From Chrysochromulina tobinii (taxonomy: Eukaryota), in assembly GCA_001275005.1 (NCBI GenBank), contig JWZX01002490.1:1-36272 (forward strand): 36,272 nt of DNA, read 5' to 3'. The position numbers and the translations under genes are program-made. Positions within the stretch are counted from its first letter, which is position 1. Every line of letters starts with the position of its first letter. Positions 1 to 9,516 of the stretch are shown in pieces. The notes under the pieces are model-generated. The model ran no database searches. It was not told the origin of the DNA and saw nothing but the letters and a program-made list of their open reading frames with translations.

Positions 1-1228
1 GTTCAAGGATTTCGGGTTCGAAGAAGGAGAGTTCGGGGGACCATTCTTCAAACGGGTGCCAAAGTTCATCATGGGTGAGGAAGTGGAAGGGGGAGTAATC
101 GCGCGAGGGAGGGTGGCTATATGTATGTGGTGGGTCATCGTCAGGCCAGGAGGAGAGGGAGAGGGAGGGATCATCGATGGAGTGGCGGAGGTACTCGGCC
201 TCGTGATCACGCTCATAATCATCAACTTGCATGGAGTCAGAACGGAGGAGGCAGTCACGGGCGGAGGCGTGGAAGGCAGAGATCTCGTGTTGATCGTCAT
301 CAACAAGGTCATCAAAGGATTTGGAATCATAGGGGAGTTGGAGATGGTAGAGGTCAGGGCGGAGGCGTATGAAGCGGTTGACGACAGAGAGGTGGAATTG
401 GGAGAGGTGAATGCGGACAGGGTGCCAGTTGAACTCATCGTGCTCGTGGTCAAGGAGCCATTGGGTAGAGAAATCAAAGGAGTGTTGGGTGATTGGATGA
501 CCATTGTAATCACGGGGGTAGGAAGGGGGGAATTCATCGAAGTCGGATCCGGGTGTGAGGTGGGTATCAGCGAGGGTTGGGAAGGGGGGGGATGCGGGAC
601 GTGAGGATGGTGGTGACGGCGGTGGAGAGGGGAGTTGGGGCGGTGGCTGAGTGAGGGCGGCGGAGGGAGAGAGGGCGAGGGCGGAGGCGGATGGGATTGC
701 GGCCGAGGTGCCGAGTTGGAGCCAGGCCCGGTGCCCAGTTTCCGTCAGTGTGACCAGGTGCCGAAGGGTAGCTGCTGCTGCTGAAGCGATGTCGTTTGCT
801 GAGTAGTGTGATGTGGTTGCTGGCTGGAAAAAGTTTTGGATGTGAGGGTCCGGGGAGCCGGCGGCGTATGAGGCGAGGAAGGCGAAAGAACAAGGGAGCG
901 GGCAGTGAGTAGATGGTCGGGAATTGAAGATGATGGTACCAGTTGAAAGGTTGGGTAGGGCGAGCGTCAAATGGGGGTTGTAGTGTGAGATTCGCAAGAA
1001 GATGTCATCGGAAGGAGCTGGAGGTAAGGATCGAAGGTATGGCAGATTCGGGTGAAGAATGGCTTGTGCTGGCGCATCGCGAGTTTTGATGGCGCGGAGG
1101 CGGGAGTCGTTGGGCAATGGAGAGGCATCGAAGTCGGAACGGTACACGGGTGCTGGAATCGTCGATAGCGGTGTCGAGTCGGAGCGAGAGACGGTGCCCA
1201 TTTTTGATAACGGCGGGCGCATTTGCAT
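1..1228 (-). CDS. Unknown protein, >409 aa, runs off the window edge; possibly a transposon/retroelement ORF
   Basis: Manual translation of the minus strand is stop-free from ATG at 1228 (context aacaacATG, preceded by in-frame TAA) to base 1: MQMRPPLSKMGTVSRSDSTPL...FDEFPPSYPRDYNGHPITQHSFDFSTQWLLDHEHDEFNWHPVRIHLSQF...WSPELSFFEPEILE. The coding strand is strongly C/T-rich and G-poor. It is absent from the ORF track because it has no stop in the window. Confidence 0.65.
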   Translation of the reverse strand, partial: MQMRPPLSKMGTVSRSDSTPLSTIPAPVYRSDFDASPLPNDSRLRAIKTRDAPAQAILHPNLPYLRSLPPAPSDDIFLRISHYNPHLTLALPNLSTGTIIFNSRPSTHCPLPCSFAFLASYAAGSPDPHIQNFFQPATTSHYSANDIASAAAATLRHLVTLTETGHRAWLQLGTSAAIPSASALALSPSAALTQPPPQLPSPPPSPPSSRPASPPFPTLADTHLTPGSDFDEFPPSYPRDYNGHPITQHSFDFSTQWLLDHEHDEFNWHPVRIHLSQFHLSVVNRFIRLRPDLYHLQLPYDSKSFDDLVDDDQHEISAFHASARDCLLRSDSMQVDDYERDHEAEYLRHSIDDPSLSLSSWPDDDPPHTYSHPPSRDYSPFHFLTHDELWHPFEEWSPELSFFEPEILE

Positions 1229-1397
1229 GTTGTTTTATCGATTTCGAAGGGTTCACAGACACTTTCCGATCTGTTGGACCGGACGGCGCACCTGCTATCC
1301 GGACGGTGGTCCATTTACGGCTCGGAAAACTGTTAGTATCCGGTACTGTTCATGTGAACAAGCAGACGTCGCGTGTTCGGTCCTCACGAGGCTCCGC

Positions 1398-2213
1398 ATG
1401 CGCTTGTTCTCTCTGCTGCTAATTGGTGCAGGCGCTGGGGCTTTCGACCGAAGCAGAGTTTCGTGGAAGAACGAATCGCGTGGCATATATTACTCGTACA
1501 CCGCTGAGGACGGATCGAAGACGAAGATCTCTCCCTGGCACGACATCCCATTCACGCTGGGAAAGGATGATGGCGGTGCGATGCTGTTGTCTTTTGTGTG
1601 CGAAATTCCGCGGAACTCTCGTCCTAAAATCGAAATCCACAAGTCTGAGCCATATAATCCGCTGCTGCAGGACGTGAAGAAGGACGGGAGCTTGCGCTAC
1701 TACATGTACTCTGACTCGCTGGTCAACTATGGTGCCATTACGCAAACTTGGGAGGACCCGAACAAAAAGGATCCCGACACAGGCCTCGGCGGGGACAATG
1801 ATCCGATCGACGTCTTGCAGCTCAACGAGTCTCCGTGCGAACGCGGGGCCATCCAGCGAGTGCGTGTACTCGGAGGGCTCGCATTGATCGATGAGGGCGA
1901 GACGGATTGGAAACTTCTCGTCGTGGATGTGGACGCAGCCGACGCGCCTAACTGGCGCGACGTGAGTGACATTCCGAAGACGCGCGTCGACGAGCTGAGA
2001 GACTTCTTCCGATTGTACAAGACCGCGGAAGGCAAGCCGGAGAACAAGTACGGGCTCGACGGGCGCGCTGTCGACGCCGCGCATGCGCTGGTCGTCGCCA
2101 CGGGAACGCACGTACACTGGGCGGAGGGTCGAAAGGGCAACGCTGAGTGCGAGTTCAAGACGAGCCCATGCTGGATGGGCCTTTCGCAAACTGCTACAAA
2201 AGGAGAATTGTGA
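1398..2213 (+). CDS. Soluble inorganic pyrophosphatase (family I, eukaryotic type) with N-terminal signal peptide and C-terminal KGEL
   Basis: Motifs ISPWHDIP, EIPR, KIEI, NYGAITQTWEDP, GDNDPIDV, IDEGETDWK and YKTAEGKPEN. The likely start is ATG 1398 (MRLFSLLLIGAGAGAF), inside the 1059..2213 ORF. Confidence 0.93.
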   Translation: MRLFSLLLIGAGAGAFDRSRVSWKNESRGIYYSYTAEDGSKTKISPWHDIPFTLGKDDGGAMLLSFVCEIPRNSRPKIEIHKSEPYNPLLQDVKKDGSLRYYMYSDSLVNYGAITQTWEDPNKKDPDTGLGGDNDPIDVLQLNESPCERGAIQRVRVLGGLALIDEGETDWKLLVVDVDAADAPNWRDVSDIPKTRVDELRDFFRLYKTAEGKPENKYGLDGRAVDAAHALVVATGTHVHWAEGRKGNAECEFKTSPCWMGLSQTATKGEL

Positions 2214-2320
2214 GGAGCTGAAGGTGGTTGGAGGTCACGGACAAATCCCAGTCCAGGTCGTAAGGGTTACAGGGGTCGCATTCACGCACATGGGGGCCGT
2301 GCAGTCGACGGAGTGCGGGC

Positions 2321-2534
2321 GCGGCGCTCAGAGCCACGACGGCATAACGACGGCGCCCCTCAGTCAGAGGTTCAGTGACACTCTGTGCTCCGGACTGCGC
2401 ATCGAGACTGCGCAGCGATCCGATGACGCGGCGCTCAGAGCCACGACGGCATGACGACGGCGCCCCTCAGTCAGAGGTTCAGTGACACTCTGTGCTCCGG
2501 ACTGCGCATCGAGACTGCGCAGCGATCCGATGAC
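2321..2534. repeat. Tandem direct repeat, 2 x 107 bp
   Basis: Unit gcggcgctcagagccacgacggca...gcagcgatccgatgac occurs at 2321-2427 and 2428-2534. One mismatch seen (ggcata vs ggcatg). Confidence 0.95.
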
Positions 2535-2802
2535 GTGAACTACGTTATTTCGGTTTGACGTAATTATAACAACTCGTCGGCGCGACGTCGCCTCGAACTC
2601 GTGGCGCTGGCGGCCTCGTCGCCCGTCCTAATTTCGGGCCGCGGCGCGGTACCTACCGGCTACGCGGTACTCTAACCGCGGTACCACCACAGGCGCTCTC
2701 GGCGACATTAATCGGCGACACGATCCGCGCTCGCCGCGCCCTCGGCCGGTACCTAGTACGACCGCGTCACCGCCCCGACCGAAACTCATATCATCAAATT
2801 AA

Positions 2803-3160
2803 GGTAGTCCGCTCGCACTCATTAGGGTAATTTTGGAAATCAGCCCTACATAAATCAATGAGTCCCAAGGCCCCCGGGGCGGGGGAGGGTGGGGAAAGAA
2901 TGGACAACGGTGGAGCCAAACAGTGAAAATAAGCTGGTTCGAGTCTCAGGGGGCACTTCCCGCGCTTGCTTTTTTAGGCGAAATTAGGGCTTTGGGCTGG
3001 TTTGTGAACTAGAGTATGGGAATTCCACGTTCGATTCTGAAAGTTTTGAGCTAGAACTCAATGGGAGTGCGTGGGACACCTCTGGCTTGAGTTTCGTTCA
3101 AATCCCTTCAGTGGTTTTGGAGATCAGGTTTCGCCCCATGTACACCTTGAGCGGACTACC
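2803..3160. mobile_element. Non-autonomous DNA transposon (MITE), 358 bp, 12-bp TIRs, TTAA target-site duplication (Kolobok-like termini)
   Basis: TTAA(2799-2802)|GGTAGTCCGCTC(2803-2814) ... GAGCGGACTACC(3149-3160)|TTAA(3161-3164). These are perfect inverted repeats. The interior is AT-richer than the flanks and non-coding. Confidence 0.8.
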
Positions 3161-4167
3161 TTAATGGTACACAAACCGCCTGAGGTTTTTCCTGAGGTCG
3201 TATCTACAGGCGCCATCGTCGATAGTGGTGGTGCGCGGACACAGGCGTCGGAAAGGCAGGGAACGAAACCGGCCGCGCGCCTCACCGCGCGCCGGGACCC
3301 GACCGCCTGCGGCACCGCACGACCGAGCACGACCGGCCGCGCGCTGTGTAGCGCTGTGCGGCGCCGTCGGGCGGGGCCTTGCGACCGACGGTCCACACGC
3401 GAGGACCGCGCTCCGCGGGGCGCGGGGGAGGGCGGGTGCGGGGCGTCGCGGCTGGAGCGTCGGGCGGGACGCGCTTCGCCCGCTAGAGGCTAGACGCACC
3501 GTCGCCGGTCGCGCCTCGACGGTACGCCCCGCCCTTGCCCCGCCCGCCGGGCCACCTACGGCCGAACGCGAGCTACGCTGCTACTCGGGGACGCGCTTTC
3601 GACGCGCTGCTACGGGCCTACCGGTCTATCGATAAACCGGTAAGCGTGCCGAAAGCGGGGCGGTACATCGCGACCGCCCGTGCCGTCCGTGTAGCTCTTG
3701 TACGTCCTTGTACGTGTGGAGCCTGGAGCGGCGTGACGCTGGCAGCGTGACGCTCGGACGCGCGGTGACGGCTGACGCGAAACTCAAACAACGATTTGTA
3801 CGTAAGTATCCGATCGGTACGAGACAAACGAGAAACCGGTCAAAACGGCATGCGCATGGGGCTAGGGGGCTTCCCTTCACCCTTGCCGCGTCAAACGTCA
3901 CACGATGGTGGTGTGCATGCAGCATGGAACAGAAGCGATGGTTGCGCGCACAGACAGAAGACTGCCACAACGATGCATTTGACACAGGCTCGCCGCCTTT
4001 CGAGCGGACTGCCCTAGAGACTGCCCCGACCAGAACAGCGTCAAAGGGACGCAGGGGCCAGGAAGTGTACACGTAGCTCCATGCACGAGCGCGGCAGGCG
4101 GTGGCTAGAGAGGGGATGTGCAGATTAGAGCAGGAGGATGGGTCAGAGCGAAGAAGCGGCCACTCAC

Positions 4168-6461
4168 TCAGGCCCGTTGCTTGGACTCCTTGGGGCTCGA
4201 CGGCGGCGATTTCTTCTTCGTCTTCTTCGTCTTCGTCTCGCCGCCGTCGGAGGCGGTTCGCCGGTGCGAGGGCACTTTGCCCTTGCGCTTCGAATTCTGC
4301 CCCTCGTCTACGGGGACAATGAGGGCGGTCGCCGGCGGGTTGGCGATCGACTCCGCAGCCGGCGACGAGGACGATGCCGACGCGCATGCACGTGTGGACG
4401 GCGGCGCCGAGTTGGGCGCCGAGTTCGCCGAGCGAGCGCGGGCGACGGCGGCACCGCCGCGTTGGCCGAACTGTCCGAGCGTCGCATGCGGCGAGGGCGC
4501 GGTGTACACGGTGTGCTGCGCCACGAAGGCTGCGTGCTGGCTGAAAAAGGCGTCCGAGATGCCCTTTGGCGGCGTAACCTTGAGCTTCGAGCGATGCCCC
4601 TCGTTCGCTCGGTGAACCTCTTCGAGGGGCAGCGCTGTGATCGATGGCGGCACTGCGGGTCGCTCGCGGGCATCGGTAGAGACATGCTGCTCTATGTGTG
4701 TCTCTGATGAAGGAGCGGCCGCGAGCAAGGCGAAAGGCGACTCGCGGCCGGGAGAGGGGAGCTGTGAGGGCATGGCCGAGGCAGTGGATGATGGGAGGGC
4801 GGAGGCGATGACGGAGGCGTACGAAGACGCGGCAAGGGAGGCGTTGGCGAAGCTGCTAAAGAGTCTCGGCGGCCCAAACGGATCCGCCGCCCGCGGCAAT
4901 TCTTCCTCCGAGGGTATCGCGTAGGGATTGAGTAGGCCGGCGGCGGCGGCAGGAGGACGGCGAGGATGGACGGAAGGCCTAGCGGCGGGCGGCCAGGCCG
5001 CGCCTACCGAGGCGTCGTTGGAGGCGGCGTCGTCCTCCTTGTCCAGAGACTGGTTGGGCTCGGTGCCGCGGCGTGTCGAGAAGGCTGCTGCCTCGCGCGC
5101 GAGCTCTCCCACAGACTTGTGGCGGGGGCGAAGCGAGGGCGAGCTCGCCCTCGGCTCCGTGGCCGGGTCAGGCACCTCCATCACCGCTGCGACCATCTCC
5201 TCCTCATCCCGCACCTCCATGAGCGTGGGCACCACCGCAGCGAGCGACAGGTGTGGCGAGCGCGCTGTCGGCACATGGGTGCCGCTCGGCTTGCCCCGCA
5301 GCATGTCGCGCGTGGGTGCCGCCCAGGCGTCGTCGGCCGAGCTCGCTTCCCACCGTTGTTTGCCCGTACCCTGAGCGAGCTTGAGTAGCTCCTCGCCGCC
5401 GCCGTACAACCTGGAGCACGCCTCGAGCACCTCTTGCACAATGACCTCTCGCACCACGCGCTCGGCCGGACTGACCTTGCCCGGCAGCAGCATCTCCACC
5501 TTTGAGAGCGCCTTGACTAGCAACGCGCTCGGCTCGACCACACTCTCATTGGTGCGCAGCAGCACGCGGCGCACTGTAGCCGCCTGCAAGTCGCGCTCGC
5601 GCCGCTGCACATTGAGCGCGTGGTTCTGGAGCGTGAGGGACAGGATCTGGAGCCGCTCAATCGAGATGATCCGGAGGGGCAGCTCCTGAATGAGCGTCGA
5701 GATGCGGTCCAGGTTCAGTTTCACCTGACCGCGCAAGCTCTCGAGCTCCTCCTCGAGGTCGCTCAGCTCCTGCGCGCGCCGCGCCTCGTCTGCCTCCGAG
5801 GAGGCAGCGGCGGCGCTCGAGGCGGCGCTCGGGGCGGCGCTCGGGGCGGCGCTCGGAGCTCCTCCCTCGGAGCCTGGGCGCAGTCGCAGCAGCAGCAGGT
5901 CCTGCACCGTCTTGTACAGGTCCTCGAGCAGCAGCGTGTGCTCATCGTGCAGCGCGCTCGCCTCCTGCTGGATGGCGATCGTCTCCTCCACTTCCATGTT
6001 GTCGAGCAGCTGGTACATCTGGAGCGCCCGCGGCTGCGTGACCGACGCCGAAATCTGGCTCAACATGCCGTTCATCTGCCCCCAATTGCGCTGCCCCAGC
6101 CCTGGTGAGCGCATGCCACGCAAGAAGGAGGGCTCTCGTGTCAGAAGGGCGTGCTGATCGTGCCTGTGCTGCGCGTCCTCGACAAGTGCATCGACACGCG
6201 GCTCTCGCATCGGGCGTCCTTGAGCGTCGACTTCCTCATCCTCGCCCTCGGGGTGCGGCGTGTGCAGCGGCCCCCAAAGCGGCTCGCCGTGGGGTGTCAC
6301 AATCAACGGCGGCGGCGGTGGCAGCCCATACGGGTGTCTCGACGGCGGCGGAAGCGCGGTCGGCACTCCCGGCGCACCGCCGCTCTTGATGACGCCGCCT
6401 AGCCGCGCTGCGCCTGCCGCCTTCTTGCCGGGCGCGCCGCCCTTGCCAGGTACGCCGCCCG

Positions 6462-6493
<32 letters not shown>

Positions 6494-8142
6494 GGTTGCT
6501 GCTGCTGCTGCTGCTGCTGCTGCAGCTGCTGCAGCTGCTGCTGCTGCTGCTGCTGTTGCTGCTGCGTGGTGCCGCCCTTGGGCCCTTGCGCTCGCCTCGC
6601 CCCCTTGTGATGCGTGTGGGCGCCACCACCGCCCTGGCCCTGCGCGGCCGCCTCTGCTGCGACCGCGGCCGCGATGGCCTCGTGCGGCTCAACCCATTCG
6701 TGACCCTCGCGCTGCGTGATGGCGACCAGCTCGCGCTGCAGCTTCTGTAGCTCGGAGAGCAGCGGCGCGTCGCGCTGCTCGTTGACGACGATGGGTAGCC
6801 CGCCGCGCGGCTTGATGTTCTTGGCGCGGTTAGCATACTTGAGCGAGTTGAGCGTCTCGTCGAACTGATCGTGGCTCGGCGACACGTTGGTGATCATTGT
6901 CGTGAGGCAGTTGCCTCCAAGCGAGTCCTTGAGCAGCCGCGTGAGCTTTGAGTCGCGGTACGGTACGTGCGCAACCTTCTTCGTCTTGTCGGCAAGCGCG
7001 TTGATGCAGTTACCGAGCGCGAGCAGCGAGCGGTTGATGTTCTGCCCTTCGACTAGCCGTGCCCCCACGTTGTCCGTCTTGTCCGCGCGCTCCGAGCCGG
7101 CGAGGTCGATCATCGAGAGCTTTCCCACCTTGGTCGGCGCGTCAGACTGGTAGCGGGGCTTGGCACGCACCGAAACCTGAAGCACAGCGTGCGAGCGCGA
7201 TGAGACCTCGTTCACCTTGGTCGCCTCCGTCGTGCGGTACAGGTTGCCCTCGTGGATAAGCGTCATCATCTCGTCCGGCGTCGAGACAATCTTGTCTGTC
7301 GCGCCGGCGACGAAGGTGCCTTTGGAAGGCACCTCGCGCACGTCGAGGTTGGCGTCGCTCGGGTTTAGCAGGTCCTTGATCTTCTCGTTGTAAATCTCGA
7401 CATACTGCATCGACACCTTAAAGTCCATCTCGTCGTCGTCCTTGATGAGCTCAAACAGATCGACGAGCGTGAGTGGAATCACTCCTGCGTGCTCGAGGTT
7501 GCCTGTCATAGTAAACGTCTTGCCTGCGCCGGTCTGCGCGCGCGGGTCCAGTCCCATCCACCAGGGGTGTGAGTTCGTGTCTCCGCACGGCAGCGGGTCA
7601 GGAGGGAAGGGGGCGCAAGGGAGGGGGAAAGGGAGGGCAGTGCGGCAACTATCGAGACTCACCGCGCCATACGCAAAGCAACACGCATTGTAGCCCTGAA
7701 CTGCCTTTTTCACGAGCGGTTTGTTGCTCTTCTCGTAGACTTCGGTCTGGGTCGAATCGGGTCCGAATGCAAAGTCGAAGCGGTAATGCTTCGTCTTCGT
7801 CTTGTCCAGACGGAGGTAGTCCAGGCCGCCCATCTTGTCGTCGGGATCAAATGCTGCCACATGCGTCTCGTCGATCACCTCCACGGTCGCCCACGAATCT
7901 CGAGCTTTCTCCTTTGCCGAAAGTGGTCTTACACGCACGACCACTTTGATGTTGCTACCCTTTTCCGGGTTGCTCGCCTTTTCATCTTCCAGCGGCGTTC
8001 CAGGGTCCTTTAAGTCGGCTGACCCTTTGCCGCCGCCGGCAGAGCCCACGGCGAGTATTACATCCGCTGCTGGTGCTTCGGCCGCCGCCATGGTCGACAC
8101 CTCCGGAATGGCGCGCCCGGCCTTGTCCCGCTCGGCGGGCAT
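4168..8142 (-). CDS. Kinesin motor protein, kinesin-8 (KIF18/KIF19)-like; join(8142..7663,7533..4168)
   Basis: Motifs IKVVVRVRP, FDFAF, spliced P-loop AYGATGAGKT, YVEIYNEKIKDLL, NEVSSRSHAV, IDLAGSER, NINRSLLALGNCINAL, HVPYRDSKLTRLLKDSLGGN and TLNSLKYANRAKNI. These are followed by coiled-coil and low-complexity tail. Confidence 0.95.
6463..6564 (-). repeat. Imperfect (CAG)n repeat encoding polyglutamine in the kinesin tail
   Basis: A ctg run on the + strand that translates as QQQQQQQQQQLQQLQQQQQQQQQPQQQQQQQQQQ. Confidence 0.95.
7534..7662 (-). other. 129-nt spliceosomal intron in kinesin, in-frame and stop-free
   Basis: Donor gcg|GTGAGT at 7662 and acceptor cgcgCAG|acc at 7534. Removal restores YGA|TGAGKT. 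Confidence 0.9.
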
Positions 8143-9224
8143 ATTCGGCCGGCTGCAGCCCTGGCCGGCTGGAGAGCGCTTGGCTTGGACTCCTCACGCA
8201 CTCTCCGCCCACTTCCCCGAATAACCTCGTCGGAAAAAGCAGTTTCCTCCACAAACGCTGCACTCTAACGCCAGAACAGACATTTCACACAAACTTCCAA
8301 AGAATTCCGTTACATGTAAATGTAGGTTTTTCTAGTGCCGAGCCCTTTGCTCGAGCTCGCAGCGCACCGTCTTGCCATTCTAACCAGGGCGCCACGGTTG
8401 AACCACATCTGCCACGACTACTCGCCGTTGAGCGCATCTGTAAGCGCTCATACACTGCAGTTGAACAACAGTCACGCCAGGACAGCCACGGAGCGAGCGA
8501 GACTGGTGGTGACTTCATCGAATCCTACAGCCAACGCACAGCATTTCAACACCCGTTAAGTCAGTCCAACCACGGAACGAGCGAGCCTGGTGATGACTAC
8601 GGCGCGGCTGCTGGTGACCTCGGCGGTAAATACACCGAGGCAGGCTACGACGCTACGTCTTATTCCTCGTACTCAGCCAGCCTATGTGAATACTTGGAGC
8701 CCGCACGACGTAATGTGCCGCGATTCACGCATGTACCGATTGTGTGGTCAAAAGCTTATGGCGGTGCACATGCCAGCATGGTCGGCGTGCAATCAGTTCA
8801 CAACTGTGGACCCAAAGCCTGGACGCATACGGGCGTGGCTGATCTTGATCCAGTGCCCTCGGCCTTCGCCCGCACGGGCCCTTCGGCTAACACGCACCAT
8901 GGGCCGCTCGAGCAGGGCACCGACGAACGTAATCGTCAAGACGGTCACTCTCAATCGCGTGGATCGCTCAGTTACTCACTCGCCGGGCCACCACGGCTCG
9001 AAGGCCATCAGGTTTCGGGGGTCGGTGGGGTCAGCCAGCGGGACAGGGCAAGGCCGATCGACAGAAATCCGTCTCATGTGACCAGCAAGCCGATATCTAC
9101 CGCGGGCAGCGAAATCGAGAAGCGAGCCAGCGGTCTCAATGTTGATGAAGCGATGAGTTCGCTTGGATATCGCAGGCCGCTGAAGTTTGCGGGTGGCTTC
9201 GGCGGGCCGTTCATTCGCATGTGA
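8073..9224 (+). CDS. Possible hypothetical protein; true start unresolved (first in-frame ATG is 8778)
   Basis: A 383-codon open frame lying mostly outside other genes, with no recognisable domain. The 5' end overlaps the kinesin start in antisense. Confidence 0.3.
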   Translation: MLRPPPWSTPPEWRARPCPARRAYSAGCSPGRLESAWLGLLTHSPPTSPNNLVGKSSFLHKRCTLTPEQTFHTNFQRIPLHVNVGFSSAEPFARARSAPSCHSNQGATVEPHLPRLLAVERICKRSYTAVEQQSRQDSHGASETGGDFIESYSQRTAFQHPLSQSNHGTSEPGDDYGAAAGDLGGKYTEAGYDATSYSSYSASLCEYLEPARRNVPRFTHVPIVWSKAYGGAHASMVGVQSVHNCGPKAWTHTGVADLDPVPSAFARTGPSANTHHGPLEQGTDERNRQDGHSQSRGSLSYSLAGPPRLEGHQVSGVGGVSQRDRARPIDRNPSHVTSKPISTAGSEIEKRASGLNVDEAMSSLGYRRPLKFAGGFGGPFIRM

Positions 9225-9516
9225 GGTCGTGACGGCCATGCGGATCTCGCACGGCGGCCGGCGGCGCGGGGTCGCCGGGGCCCCGCCCACTGCGCGGAGA
9301 TAAAAGATTCGATGCCGAGTTATCTAAATCTAGGACAGCGAAATAGTAGCTTGACATAGTAAAGGTAAAAAAAAGCCAGGTCGGAGCGGGATCTAAACGC
9401 CGTGTGAGGCGCCGTTTCATGCAACGGTCGCGTGTCGACACGAGAGGCTCCGCGCGCTGCGGGCTGCGCTCGCGTGCCACGATCGCGTTGTAGGCTGGGG
9501 CATGTTTCACTACTTT

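Noticed and set aside
56..604. 182-aa + strand ORF rich in Gly/Val/Glu/Ile
   Set aside because: It is the antisense shadow of the longer C/T-rich minus-strand ORF (1228 to <1).
1059..1397. N-terminal extension of the pyrophosphatase ORF
   Set aside because: It has a non-ATG start, overlaps the minus-strand ORF and shows no PPase similarity. ATG 1398 gives a clean signal peptide.
2321..2534. Direct repeats as a CRISPR array or LTR pair
   Set aside because: There are only two directly abutting 107-bp units, with no spacers or internal region.
2905..2960. GGTTCGAGTC B-box/T-loop-like motif suggesting a tRNA or SINE
   Set aside because: I could not fold a cloverleaf or pair an acceptor stem, and it lies inside the MITE.
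3845..3870. Palindrome catgcgcatg followed by CTAG, like a Helitron 3' end
   Set aside because: The spacing and the following base do not fit an A|T insertion, and no matching 5' TC end was identified.
6260..6836. Poly-Cys, poly-Leu and poly-Ser ORFs
   Set aside because: These are alternative-frame readings of the kinesin CAG repeat.
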